From Lingula anatina (taxonomy: Eukaryota > Animalia > Brachiopoda): a DNA stretch of 64,000 nt. The notes under the pieces were generated by a model that was not told where the DNA came from, did not search any database, and was given only the letters and a program-made list of their open reading frames with translations. The position numbers and the translations under genes are program-made. The DNA is taken from contig CM120641.1 in the NCBI GenBank assembly GCA_051362555.1, positions 26,666,401 through 26,730,400 on the forward strand, read 5' to 3'. This document shows positions 36,825 to 51,700 of this stretch, in pieces (positions within the stretch are counted from its first letter, which is position 1; each line of letters starts with the position of its first letter).

Positions 36825-39800
36825 ATGAACGAAACATGGAGAGTGATCTTGCTATCGCTTGCAATGTTAATAGGTTGTTATGTATCTGGATCCATTCCAT
36901 TAGCATTTACCCTGTCAGAGGTGAGAACTTTAAATAATTTCTGTCATGTTCTGTCTTATTTTGTACTGCACGTATGCTGGTACATTGGTAGTATATAGTT
37001 GTTGTGTTGGCAGCCACTGAGTCAGTCACCTTAGTTCTGACATTAGACAGCGTCCTGTCTAGACTAGTCTGTGTGTCATTGTCGCCGACTGAATGAATGT
37101 GCGTTGTCGTATGTCCTTCATCAATTACATGTGTATTTAATGCAAAGAACACTAGACATTTATTTAAAACCAGTTTCATATATTCTAAATATTTGTGACA
37201 GTGAAAAAGTGCCGGTGATGGTGTGTGAGTATTGACGTACTAATGCCAACATAATGTATTTTTTCCATTGGTAACGCAAACTCACAATATTTCTCTGCCT
37301 TTGTTTAAAAATGCACAGGTTTTGAAAACTTAACTCAGTGTTAAAAAGATGTAAAATCCCATTTTATTATAAAAGTGCACAATACACAAATGAAGTCCAT
37401 AAACACAGTGGCATTGTGAGAGAAAAGCGGTATTCCAAGTTACATTACAATTTGGAGGACCAAACATTGAACTAGATAATATTTTCCTAAATAATGCAAA
37501 ACATGGGCTAATTTTGCCACATATTTAATAGGTGCTTCATATAAAGTAGGACTATTCCATTTCCAAGTCAGTAACATATTTAGACCTGATGATTGTTATA
37601 CTGAAAACAGTCATAGATTAAACTTATAGATACAAATAAGCCAGAAAGTGGAACTCTGTTCTCTGTTGTTGTCATAATTATTATCATGAGTGCTCATTGG
37701 CAGGTACCAACATTAATGTGGTGCATTTGTTTCTTTTATCATTACTTTGAGACTCTTTATGAGTAAATTCTCAAAGCAACCAGAGATGTAATTAATATTA
37801 CATCATGATAATTTTATTCTCTTGAATTTCAGGATAAGTTGAAGTTGGTCACTATTCTAGGAGCTGGTCTTCTTGTAGGGACAGCATTAGCTGTCATTAT
37901 TCCAGAGGGAGTTCATACTTTATATGGTAATTACAGCAAAAAAATTAATTAATTAATAAAAAATGAATAAATAATAAAATAAATAAATATTATTCTTATT
38001 ATGGAATATTCTAATTAAAATAAATAAATAAATATAATTATATATACATGTATAAAAGAAATGGATCATTACCTTTATCTTATAGGCATTGAGAACTGCA
38101 TTGAATTTTTTAAAAAGATAATTATGAAATGCTATCGATATAATGTATTTCACTGATTAATTCATAAGCCAGCAGAATAGCTAAAGCATTTGATTTTGCA
38201 AGTCAAGTCAGCTGTATATTTCATTGGTGTATAATACAACAAAACATAAGCTTTGTTGAGCTTTTGTGTCAATTTCAATAATAAAAAACTAATTGGAATA
38301 TTCTATAAACAATAAGAGATAAAGAAAACAGTGGTTGAAACAATGCCATCTTTTGCAGAGAGTGAACTCCATAAACATGAATCTCACACAGGACATGGGC
38401 AGGCAGTGCGGCATGTGCTTCAAGAGGTAGCCCAAGTCGCAGCAGACAAGCATGCAGAACATACACATTCAGAAGAGCATGAACATAGCCATGGAATGGA
38501 AATGCATAGTTTGATTGGTGTTGCTCTGGTGCTTGGGTTTGTGTTTATGTTATTAGTGGACCAGTTGGGCAGCGGTGGACATAGTCATGGTGGTTCATCT
38601 GGTAAGGCCACAATAAGTATTGATACTCCTGTGAACCTGAAGTGATCCAGTTGATGTAAACTGACATCCAAGACAGTAGAATTCTCCCCTAGAATAAATA
38701 ATGCACAATCATTACCTTTATAAAGTAAAGCAATAAATTTGAACTTGCGTGGAGGTGCAATGAACTTATTTATGCTATTGATGTACCATTTGCATTTTAT
38801 AAACGAACTGGTTTAAAGCTGAGAAGATTTTAACCAACATATTGTAATTGCAGTCTTTCATTTTGTTTGTCATATTTTACAGACCTGGAGTCAGTTTCAG
38901 GAAGTAATGGCAGGAAGAAAATTACAGCAACATTAGGTTTAGTTGTTCATGCTGCAGGTTAGTAATCTAAACTTGGTCAAAATGTTAATGTTGAATTCTT
39001 TTACCTTATAATTTATAATGCGAGATTGATAGCATTGTGGCATTGTCTAAATCTGTTTCTAGTAATTATAAAGCTGTTTGGCTTTATTTTTGCAGACACT
39101 TACTGATACTGGAAATGAGTGGAGCTTACTTATTAAGTATTCATGACTAGCTCATTGTAATGAGCAAATGTAACCATTCTGCTTTCCTTCCAACCACCAT
39201 ATGAGATACCAAGAAGTCTCACGAATTAATAGTCTTGTAAATCCTGCAAAATCTTGATTTTATGCTCAATAAGCATAAAATCAAGATTTCTGAAGATTTA
39301 CAGGAGAGTGGGATCAAATAAATGTAGTGCCATGGGTATTTTTCTGGTGGTTTTATTTTAAGGTTATGTAGAATTAAAGTCTGTCATACAACAGTACAGA
39401 TTCACCATGTTTTGAGCAACACTTTTGAATTGCTTTCTGAGAAAATACTCCAGGCAATAGAGTTTCACCCTTATTGCTGAAAAGTAAGCTGATATATGCA
39501 TGTTTTTTCCTGGTCTTGTACAACATCAGACAGTGGTGAAGGCCTCGTTTCAGCTCAGATGATTTCCATTGGCATCCTATGTTAAAGGGATAATAACTCT
39601 TCGTTTTGGTCAAAAAATGAATTTTCCTGGAGTAAGCAACAATTTTCCCATGCTTACCAATGGTTAATGAATGTATTTTTACATTCAAAGTAAGTCCCTG
39701 GTTTTTTTCTAAAAAGTTTGGTTTTTTGTTAAAATCTCTTAAGATATTATAACAGAGTATAGCCATCAGTGGAGGTCACGTGGTCTGAAGACAAGCTCAG

Positions 39801-41293
39801 ATATCAGAATAATAGCTATAACTGCCATTTTTGTGGTAAAACCGAATATATTATATTTCTATGAGTTGTTCAGAATGTTTTTATTGTGAAATGTAGATCC
39901 CATATGAAGAGTTATTATCCCTTTAAACTGCTCGCAGTCAGCCTGATGAGATGGGTTTTTAGTCAGGTTGGCTTATTTCCTCTGTATGCAGATCTCAAAA
40001 TTAAAGTATATTGATAGGCATTTTGTGTATGCTGTTTGTTTTTCATTTTAGCTGATGGTATTGCCCTTGGTGCTGCAGCCTCCACATCACAGACTCATGT
40101 TGAAATGATAGTATTTATTGCAATTATGTTACACAAGGTAATTTTCTGTGCACTGCACATAGTACACACACATACACACACACACACACGCACACTAAAT
40201 TTAACAGCCCACCCCCCATCTCTACTTTGAATAAAATTCACCACAGATGAATTACAGCTTTCCTGCACACATCTTATATTTTCCTAAAGTTATATTTTTG
40301 CACATATTCTGCAAAGCTTTTTATCTTTTCCTATCCAAACCTTGAACACGATAAAACCCCTAAAATTTTAAGTTTATCTGTAGAGTACCTGATGTCACTA
40401 TTTCCTTCTGAGCCTTAGAGTCCAATTTTAATTGCTTAAAAGTATTGGTTTATTGCAACTTCATGCCAGTAGACTAATGATTCATGAATAGCCTCAATAG
40501 GAGAAAATTATATTTTGCATAAAAATCCAGGATAGGATAAAATTAATGTTGTTTATCTGAAATGGGGTGCAATACATATGAAAATACATACATACATGCA
40601 CACGCATATTGCTGTAATTGAAGTAATATCATATATATATACAGAATACACTTCGTAATCAGTTACAACAACTGTATTTCCAGGCTCCTGCAGCTTTTGG
40701 TCTGGTATCTTTTCTCCTGCATGAAGGATTTGAACGTTCCAGGATACGAAAACATTTGTTCATCTTCTCATTAGCAGCACCAGTACTAGCTTTAATTACT
40801 TTCTTTGGATTAAGTGGGGTAAGTGGTAGCATAACCAATTTGAGATTCCCTGCTTGTATCTTTCTTTCACAAAAGTATTTTGGTTGCATCATTTTAAAGG
40901 GGCACAATTAAACCATTAATTTCTGTAATCAAATATTGTCATTTGTTTTAATTCAACAATTTCCTTACAAAAAACTTAACCACTCTGAAGACATTTATTA
41001 ACAGTTTGCCTAAGAAAATGTGTAAATTGATGTTTTCACCTTTGCAGCAAAGTAAAGAAGCCCTGTCTTCAGTGAATGCCACAGGTTTAGCAATGTTGTT
41101 TAGTGCTGGGACATTCCTCTACGTAGCCACAGTGCATGTCCTTCCTGAGATTGCAAATATGACCACAAGGACTACTGCTGCCGACGGCAGCGTCATTGTG
41201 AGAGAACAAAAAGGATTTAGATTAATAGAACTTGTTTTAATGGTGGTAGGGGCTCTTCTTCCTCTGATATTGTCATTGGGACATCACCATTAG
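36825..41293 (+). CDS. SLC39A9: Zinc transporter ZIP9, 7 exons, 324 aa
   Basis: Exons 36825-36920, 37833-37926, 38359-38601, 38883-38957, 40052-40137, 40684-40818 and 41048-41293. Motifs include [19 protein letters not shown], a His-rich loop, [51 protein letters not shown] and C-terminal GHHH. Confidence 0.96.
39586..39922. mobile_element. TTAA-flanked non-autonomous DNA transposon (Kolobok-like), copy 1
   Basis: ttaa|agggataataactc ... gagttattatccct|ttaa; a second copy lies at 58206-58519. Confidence 0.8.
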
Positions 41294-42619
41294 TCTGCCA
41301 CAGTTGTAGTTATGGCTATTTTTTAGATATAAAAAGCATTACAGTTTATATTGTTGTAAGGCATTCTCAATTTTTTTTGACTGATATAAAGTTGTGGAAC
41401 AACACGTTTTTTAAAGTGGGTGATTTTCCTCAGTTACTACAGCGGAACAAGTTTATTCTATAAGAGAAGTAAGAGGTTTTTCATTCTTGGGTTTGAATAG
41501 GTTGGCCTGTTTTGAAATATCTGGATGTTTTTGATAAAAATGGGTTTCATAAGTTATTTGCCAATGGAGTATGAAGTTATTTAGGGTTTGATATGTTGAC
41601 CTGTCGCCAGTTACAAAGATACACTTGTGTTCAAAAACTTCGGAGTTTAAAAATTTTGAAGGTTGGAACCTGTGTGTAATGACTGATATTACTGGTTGTT
41701 AAATAGAACTTTGTTGAAAAAGTACCACTGGGATGTATATATGTGGTTCTTATAAGTGTATAAATAACTTTGTAAAAAGGAAGAAAAAACAATAAGTATA
41801 GTTATTCTTTGCTGAGTTGGCTCATCTCTTTATCACATGTTCCTTTGCTAGTTTTTTATGTTTTACATACAAATGACAAGTGACATACTAAGTAGAGATG
41901 ATGTTAAACTTCGTGAATGATCAGGGCAGAAGGCAATAAAGAAGACTTGATGTTGAGAGCATCATGAACTTATTTGATGACTACTGACTGATATATAAAA
42001 GAGTGACTAGTAAGGTGTACATAGAATTTTAATACAAATTAACTTTATATTGTTTCTTGTTCTGTCTTAACTATTGTTGTTGCTCAATAATATAATTCAT
42101 GAATAAATGTAAGGTATTTGGCTAATGGCAATTGGATGTGTGCAACATTTTCTGCTTTAGCAAAGAACTCAAGGTTACAATAAACATATTGCAATAACTC
42201 TGAGACATCAACTGTATGAGAATGTTTTATTGTAAATAAAGTATTTTTCACTCTGGTGCCATGGAAATATTTGTTTGTAATGCAAATCCATTAGTCTGAA
42301 TAAACAATGAAAGCTCAAGAACGTCCTATTTGCTTATAACGGACAATGTTAATGTTTTAACTTGTGGGGGGGATGGCAGCACTAAATGAATGCTTTAAAT
42401 TTTTTGGAAGAGGTAGTAAGATGATCATTGAAAATTCTCTGAGAACAGTGGCAGATTAATGTATCAAACTCTTCAACAGTAGTTGGTCTTGCAATGCGAC
42501 AGCTGTGACTGATGGCCGCACATCTATTGTTTTGCTCAACAAATGCAATCGAACCGGCGTGTGTAACTACCTCGTCAAGATGAACTCTCTAATGAAGTGA
42601 GGGCGATAAATGGTGCGCG

Positions 42620-42637
42620 TGGACGTCACGACGTCAG
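42620..42637 (+). promoter_or_regulatory. Tandem CRE-like ACGTCA motifs upstream of the GALNT gene
   Basis: ggacgtcacgacgtcagt lies ~80-95 nt before ATG 42715. Confidence 0.4.
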
Positions 42638-42714
42638 TGTGGCAGGACGTTGGAAAGTTGGCCAGAGTTTGATCAGATGTGTTTTGTCACAGATGCACGT
42701 GTTTGTCCTCCGAA

Positions 42715-45700
42715 ATGCGTCGGAATACGAAAATCCTCCTAGTATTTGTGATAATTTGGCTTATGGTCATAGTTTACTTTAAAGTGGTATTCGACAGAGG
42801 CGAGGTGAGTGTAGTTTTATTAGAGACTATGGTAGTTAGTCAATGGCAAGACGTGTACTAGCTAGTATGTACAGCTGACATTAACTTGGCTTAAGCTCAT
42901 CTTCATCCTTTCATCTTCATCTGAATTCTTTTACGTATAAATTGCGACCACGTTAGATATTTGTCGTCCTCAGGTGTACAGTAGCTCAGCTTGAAATCAA
43001 TTAGAATAGTGATACAGCCATTAATTTCCTTGGCACTCTGAGTATAAAAATACATTAAAACTAATAAAAGTTAATTTCTCTAATGAGTCTTATTGAATAA
43101 AAATATTCATACTAGGGAATGTAAGTTAAAGCTATTTAAATGAATGAAATGATCAGTCCTTCAAGATAGAATCAGAATACAAACTAAATAAACTTTTAAT
43201 TACTAGATGCATTTTCATTGATTGAAAATATATATCACTCAGTGTTTAAGTGCTCTATATCACATTATGTTCGCACTGAATCATCTCTTATTCCACATAA
43301 ACTCATTAAATCTTTGTATTCGTTTCTGATACAGGAAGTTAATACTGCACTATAACATGAGCTCTAGGCATTGACTCTATTTAAAAGTCATAGATTCGAT
43401 GACCCGTTTTAGGGGTACGCATTATGAATGATGCATCTGCATTCTGACAGGGTACTGGCACATAAAACCTATTTTAACACAGCTCTGCTGTTTTACTTAA
43501 GTCGTGTAGACATTAAAGAGCTTTTGCATTTGAGAGTAAAGTTCCTGACAGTACCACGAAAGCCATGGTGAATGATAGTTTGCCAAGTCTTATTTTTGAC
43601 AGATGCAGTTAACCAGGAATATATATTTTAGCTATGAGGACCCTAAAGAATATGTCCTTTTGGATATGTCCTCATAATAGTAATAATAATTATGATGCAT
43701 TTACAATAACATTTGGGTTGGCTCATATAAATTTCATAGTTTACCTTGTGTTTTTATGTTCACAAACAAAACTTTTATATATCCTTGGATAATTGTTGAG
43801 ACAGTGGCATGATCATATGAGCAACTATTTAAGGCTTCCCATGTACATGTAAGTGCCAATAAGTGAAGTTCGTCTTGCAGAATGCAATATGAAGGATACT
43901 TCATGTTATTGTTTTAACTTCTTGTTAACTGTATAAAATCTATGACATAAGCACTTCTGTGATAACCTTTTCAAATGAATAAGTCTTTTATCTTGAGGTT
44001 AATCAATCATCTTCAAAAGATTTTTTTCCCCTTGGTTACAGTCCAAAGAATAATGTGGTTTCAAAATGTTTCAGATTCTTGCAATATTGATTGGAAAGAT
44101 GTATTGTTGAGATACGTGTGAATTCAGTCCAGTAGCTTAAATTTTCGAAGTTTGAATTTGTATTATTCTCTCATAGTGTATGCACATGCACATTTTGCTG
44201 TCTGCATATGATTCATGTGGTTTTTTATGTGTTTTTAGATTTATGAGTTGCATATTAAGGTCACATATTAAAATCTTGAATTTTTATTTAAAAATAAGAT
44301 TGAGTATTTTCTGCATGTAGTTACAGGAGTTCAGTTATATTTATTTCACATAAATGTATTTTGAATTTTGGGGGTCTGTAAAAAATTCAAAATAATCCCT
44401 CCAATTACTCATAGAAGGTTCCTTTGTGTTTTTATCTAACAACATTTTTTCCTGAAGATATAAAAAAATGTCTTAGCCTCTATGCACTTGACCAAAATAA
44501 AATGGGAAGCATTGTTATTTCGAATAATTAGAAAGTAAACATTTGAGCTAAGATAAGTATTTACGATAAACCAAATATTAATGGAAATGTATCTACTGTT
44601 TATGACTTTTTTTATATACACTGAAGACATATCCACTCCATTACATAGTTTTTTTAATTTTTGAAAAACAGTTTCATCTTTCTGAACTTTTTTGGTCGAG
44701 TGTATATGAGATATGTAAGCTTGAGAAAAAGTGCATTGACTAAACAACCGATCCGTTTTGAAACTGCCACGTAGACATTTATCTCAGCTGAGCAATTGTG
44801 CCCCCACTTTTGCAGGTGTTCAATGTATTTAATCTGTTTTGTGCATATACCATTTATAAACTTGAGTTGTGTAATCAGCTTATATACAAATGAAAGTCAT
44901 GGTTTTTCATTGTTGCAAGTTTGAAGAGCTTCTCATTGCCAGATTTGAGTCCATAATGCTTAAAGAAAATGCAGCAAATCTTGGGGTTATTTCCTGTCAG
45001 AAATTCAGTTCATCCTTGGTTAGCCTGTGCTCACGCTATCTCAAAAATTTGATTATTGACCTAATTCTCCATTTATCTGTACAACTGGTCATAATGTGAA
45101 TGGGACTTAAATGTCAGCCTTCACATCGGTTTAGAGCTCTTTACCAATCAATACTTTTCAGGGAACAAATCTCAGATTTTTTTCAGAGCGGATTTTTTTG
45201 TTTGAAAGACAAAGGAATACATTAGTGTCACAGTTTTAAGGAGTGTGAGGATTTTTGTGAAGGCTCCAAGTTGTGACATATTTTAATGTTACCTTTTTTT
45301 TTTTAGCTTCTATCACACTAAGTGGTGGTGAAAATGGTTGATGATCATCACATACTGATTGGGTGATGTCTGATGGGTTTCAATACATTGTTGAGGAAGT
45401 CATAATTGACCATATTCTAAAAAGCATCATCTTCATCATTTTTTCATAACAAAACAAACTCATAATGCATTACAGGCAGCATACCATAAAGATTTTTCAT
45501 TAATTTTGGAACTTGGAGATGAAGCATTGATCTTATTCTAGAAATGTTTTTAAAAAATAGAAAGAAAAAAGGAAAGGGAATGGTTTTCGTTGCTTAGTCA
45601 TTACTCACTGTGGTAGAAAAGAGGTCATTTTTTAAGAGCACATCAAAAACCCTCAAAAGTAGCTCTAAAGGAAATCCTGATCTAGTTTAAGCTTTGATAT

Positions 45701-48700
45701 CATATTTCATGTATCCTTGAATAAATTTGTACTGAATATGGCATTCAAATTTGTAAACAGCTGAGCACTTACGAGAATTGAAATTGCTTTTATGGTGATG
45801 CCCTGTTTGTAGTGTGTGATTGTGGGAGTGCAATAGGAAAAAGCCTGCATGTATTCCCAGTGTGTATTGATCACCCTGAAGGTGGAGGTGTTCAGGGAAA
45901 ACTTGGTTCTTCAGCACTGCAAGTACTAAACACTTGATGTAGTACTGAGCCACTAAGATAAGTTACACGGGGTAGTATTGATTGAACAGCAGCATACTTT
46001 GTTCACTGTGCACAGGGGGTAGATATCTGTTTAAACATATCTGACCTGCTTCAGATGTGTGTAGAAAGTTTGGCTCGACTTCTTTTAACTTTCACAGGTA
46101 AAAGTGTGTTTAATCACCTGTTTTATCTCTGATTTGGTTAATTTGGGTGAATTATGAAATTGAGATAAAATGCTGTGAAAGGGGCTATTGCCAGACCTGC
46201 TATTTGGAGAAAATTTGGTGTATTTTTCAATTTTTTCCCCTTTTTTTCTGAAGTTTACTTGATTGATTTCATACCCACAAGCTGCTTTTATCACAGAGGT
46301 CATCAAATGTGATTTTGAAACTGTTTAATGTTTGAAATGATAAGTTGCACCTCTTTTATCTTACTCCATATTTTTATGGTAGCAGAAGAAAAACCAGCCC
46401 TTTTATAGAGATGGATGTTCTTATTGGATAAAGAAGTAGATCGAAAATCAAACCTTAAATTCTCTGTTGAATCTCACTGAAACATATTTTCAATGCTTAA
46501 AAGTTTCATGGTACTGTATGAATAATAAGCTAATCCATCTGTTCTTAATAAGATATAATCTAATTTTCCAATTATCTGAGGATTGCCCTTGTGGTAGTTT
46601 GCAAAGACAGTCATTATTTCCTGCATGATTATTTTCAGTTTGAAGAATCTTATTAACTTGGCTGGGCTCACAACATGCTCAGTGAAGCAGCACACAGTTT
46701 GGCTAAAACACAATGTGGCTTATTTTATGGATTAAAAAAAAATCGTTTTTGTCAGTGTCCATCAACTTGTTATCTAGAATATGATGGAAAAATCTAGGAT
46801 AAAAACTCGTTGCTGAAATAGTATGCAAACAGGGTGAAAGTTGAAAATAATGCAGGTAAAAGGAAATGTTGAAATCTAGATATTGCAGGCTCTGCCAAGA
46901 TATCGCAAACCCGAATATTTCCAGATACAAATTAACCCATTGGTATTAGAGTTGTATTTATACTATATGTATATAAGAATTGTACCTGTTTCCCCTTAAT
47001 TTGAACAACTATTATCTTGAGATTAAAAAAATACTTTCAGAAAGATTACTTATTGCTGAAATTATGTATGTGTCAGAGGTTAACGCACAAATTTCAACAC
47101 AATTGCTCTTCTGGCTTCGTTATTATGAAGCCGTGGGTATTGGGCTGGCAAGTCTCAACCAAACTGAGCAAAATGCCAAACTGAGCTCAGAGAGAGTGAA
47201 ATGAGAGAATTACTGAGGGAATGATTTTGTCACATGAGTTCAGGACTTGATATTGTTTTAGAAAACAGCCTGGAATTGTTGCACTGACATGGACATTGGC
47301 TTGTCGATAAATTGTCAATAATGTACTGACAGTGATCAATATTGTCACACCATTCCATTTTCTCTTTCCAGGAAGAAAATAAAGCCTTGAAATTGAAAGA
47401 AGAGGCAATTGAAGAAATCAAAAAGACACGGGGGAAGGACCTGACAAATGAAGACCCTTCCCTTGACACACGGCTTTCGTGGCAATATTTTGACGAAAAA
47501 AATTATGTAGATAAAAAAAAGGTCCAACCTGGACAGGATGCTTATGCCAAAAATAAATTCAACCAAGTTGCTAGTGATAATATCAAAAGCAATAGAGATG
47601 TTCCTGACACAAGAAATTGGCGGTAGGTACAGGTTCAAGGTGCAATCTTTTTTTTTTAGGTTCTCTAACTGTGAACATTTTACCTTGAAATATTCACAAT
47701 TTTTATTTTATAATTCGAAATAACCACAAAACTGCTATGGGCAAATGAATAATAGTTTTAGATGATTTATGTTGATTACATGTATTACTGTAGTTTTACT
47801 TTAAATTTAATTATTTAAAGTTCATAACTATTGAAAAACATTTGACTTTCCATCAGTGCATGACAATAACATAAAGGTTTAATCTGTATTAAGTTGAGGA
47901 TGAATTATTCTCATACATGCCACACTATTAATTTATTTATTTTTTGAAAAACTTAATGTCAACACATTTTTGTTGTCACTGCAGTTGTTTTATGATTGTG
48001 TGACATTTTGCTTCATTTTTAATCTCTATTATCTGAAAATCTGCTTGCTAATAATTGACGTAGTCTGCAGAACAGAAGAATTTTTTTTTGTACTTCATGT
48101 TGCACTCTGCTGGGCTTTTAATAGAAATGTCTTTGCAGCTGTCAGAAATGTTTGCCATTGAAGATTTGTACTTTTTGAGGAGATGAACTAATGTATCGGA
48201 AGTAAATGCTGAAGCTCAAAGGTGGTTTAATTCTCATATAAGTTAGGTCACTGAAAAAAATTATTTCAGACAAGCTAATCTGAAAACCATTTTACCAGAT
48301 ATTGGGGGGGGGGGGGGGGGGGAGCTCTGTTTTTTCTCTTATACTCATTCACTCAAACACAAGCTTCATTTTGGCCACAATGATCACTTAGTGAGATCCT
48401 CTATTTACATTAGTAAAAATGCTATATTGAAAATTTTTACAAGATTTTTAGTGAAATTTTGCACGTTTGAGATGAAGAAGCTTATTCATAGTCTGTTTTA
48501 TGATCAAAATGACACAGTGTCTCTTCTGTTGAATTTTTACTGGATTTATTAAGTCATCAAACGGGAAACCAGAAATTGCTATGACAGTGGTTGTAGGTGC
48601 CATTTAGAGTATTTAACTTGATTTAACAGATTTTACGTGTACGGTATTGCACACAATTTTTTCCCCTTATCTACAGAGGTTTTGTAACATTATTCATGAC

Positions 48701-51700
48701 CTTGTCTTGACAATAATAGTAGACTATGCAAGTAATTGAAGAATATGAAACTGTGTCTCTTGGTAATCTATACTTAAATTATATTCATATATTGTAAGTT
48801 ACATTTTTTGAACATATAAGATTTTTTACAGAAGCTATTGCTCATTAGCACAAATACTCTGGGGCACATTGTCAATTTTCTGAGTACTAATAGTATTTGA
48901 TTTTTTAAAAAAGCTATGGGCATAATGGTGTTCCCTGCTGCAATAAGCTCATTTGTAGATAATGCCTATTTTTCATGTTTTAGATGCAAAGATGTGAAGG
49001 TGCATGACAATCTGCCAGCAACGAGTGTGATTATTACCTTCCATAATGAGGCAAGGTCCACTCTTCTTCGCACTATTGTCAGGTAAAATCCAATAAGAGA
49101 CGAATCACATCATATATGGAAAACAGCTGGAAAGTTGTAAAAGGTTTTTGTTGTATGCAAAGGTCACGTCTGCCCCTTACCTGGAAGGCTGAAAATGCTT
49201 TTTGTGCTACAGAAAGAACGACATCGGTGGAACAGAATTGCTAAATTGCAAATGGAATCGGTGATTTTTTTAATCAGGCTTGTTTGAAATCAAAAGGAAA
49301 TTGACTATAATTAAGTGCACTCTATTTATTGTCTGTCCCTTCAGGCCTTTGTAATTACCACATTGTAAACGTACCAAACCTACAGTAAAATTTTGCTTTT
49401 TGGTTGAGGGATTTTATCATTCATTCAAGCAGTTGTTGAGACTGATTTTAAAGCATTAGGTGACTTCAGAAAACTATAGCAAATCAGTTTTTTTTTCTAT
49501 GAAGTTGGGAAGCAGATTTTTTATCTGACATGAAAAGGTGAAATGATAGTGGTTTTTTGCCCATGGGCACTTGCGCGCGTTCACGCACACACACACACAC
49601 ACACACATGCGATTTTCTGGAAAACAAAACATTTTAGACATTCCTGGTTTTCATATTCAACACGTCGACATGTTTGATGGTACTGATTAAGCAATTGATA
49701 AGTTTCTTTTCACAAGCTACTTCAGCCTTTTTGTTAAAGTTGTTTGCAGATAGAAACATATTGACAGGGACTTCACATATAGAATTTTTCTGTTTGAGAG
49801 CAGTATTTCAGAGGTAAAATGGAGTGTATTTCCAATGGTAATTTGGCCATTTGAAATTCTAATATGTTTTCCCTAAAGATGTAGTAATTCAGTTGATTCA
49901 GAAAATAATTTAATTCAATAGCCTTTAGGTGTTACTATTTTCACCACCCTCTTGAATTATTCATTTTATAGTATTGCAGTTATTTTTGTTATGATATTAG
50001 TTTGACTTAAAACATCTTTTATTAGAAACCAGAGAGGTTGAATGTTATCAATAATTTATTGCATCAATCGAGGGCTCCTGCTATTATGGACATCAGAATG
50101 ATGTTTACTCTTACCATAAGGGAAAAATTCAGTTTACAATTGCTAAAATCCCTGCTAAAATCTACTGAAATAATAATTTGTGCTTTTATCTACCATTTTA
50201 GTGTGTTGAACAGAAGTCCAGACCATTTAATAAAAGAAATAATTCTAGTAGATGACTACAGTGATGATGGTAAGTTGACCAGATTAGTTGTTTGTTTTAG
50301 TGTGTGTGCATGCGGGTGTGTTACATGTGCGTGCCTGCGTGCATGTGTGGATACGTACAGTTGGTTACGTGAAATATTGTAGTACAGCACTTATGAATGT
50401 GTCATAAGAGAAAAACATGTCTGAAAAAAAAATCAGTGCTTCATTTAAACCTGTGAAACACATGCCATGAACAGCCTGCCCAAGCAAAAGCTATCAGCAA
50501 CAATATCAGATGCCAGCAGCTCCCACATACAGAAATCCCATTATGAACCTGATATAGATGCTATAAATGTGATATAGAAATTAATAGGCAAAAAATTTCA
50601 ATCAATTTTTTTCATTCCATCAAGAGTGTAGTACTGAAGGTTTCAATGAGATAAGTGCTCTCTTCTGCATATGAGCTAAATTGTTAAAATATAAAAATGT
50701 TCTGTTTCATTTAAGTACACATGTTCAAGTTAACTTTGAAGGAATAAGACAATCATTGGTAAAATACTTGATACTTGTGAAAAGTGTGTGATTGAAACTA
50801 AATATTGAAAATGGTATTTTATTTCAGCGTCAGATGGCCAAGAACTGGCAAAAATCCAGAAGGTTAAAGTATTAAGAAATGAAAGGAGAGAAGGTAAAGT
50901 ATAGCAATGTATTGACTTGTATTTAATACAAATTATATTTTACGAAATGGGTTAAAAGAATATGGGATTGGGTGGTTATGAAGATATGGAAGTTTACCAA
51001 ATTATTTTGAGTTCAATGGCTTATTTCATACAAAAATGAAATGGAGAACAAAATTATTTCACTTAACAGGTTATTTTGTTTTAAAAAGTCACTATATATG
51101 CTAAATAAATATCTGTTTATTATTTTCTTTTCTTTTATTTATTTTGGCAGGACAAGAGATTCTTTGAGTCAATTTTTGATAACTGGAATGATTATTTTAG
51201 GGTTAATGCGTTCTCGAGTGAAAGGAGCAGACGTCGCCACTGGTCCAGTATTAACTTTTCTTGATAGTCATTGTGAGTGCAATACAGGTTGGCTGGAGCC
51301 TCTGTTACAGAGAATAGCTGAGGTAGGTAAAAAGTTGCTGTGAGTGCAATATAGGTTGGTTGGGACTTCTGTTACAGAGAATAGCTGAGGTAGGTAAAAA
51401 GTTACTGTGAGTGCAATACAGGTTGGTTGGGACTTCTGTTACAGAGGGTAGGTGAGGTAGGTAACAAGTTACTGTGAGTGTAATATAGGTTGGTTGGGAC
51501 TTCTGTTACAGAGGGTAGCTGAGGTAGGTAGCATTTCAGGTAGAGTTCGTCAAAGGTAATCTTTTTTTTGTTTACTGTACTTCATTACATTACACTGGTA
51601 TTCATTGACAAAATTGATTTCGTTTCTTTTAATTTTCTCTCTCTACTTGATCTTTTGTTCCTTGGTCTAGCTAAGTACGTAGTGGTTGCTTTTTATGTCA

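Noticed and set aside
42862-47340. Many 60-103-aa ORFs in GALNT intron 1 and other AT-rich introns
   Set aside because: No recognisable domains or consistent splice phases; the lengths are what chance would give.
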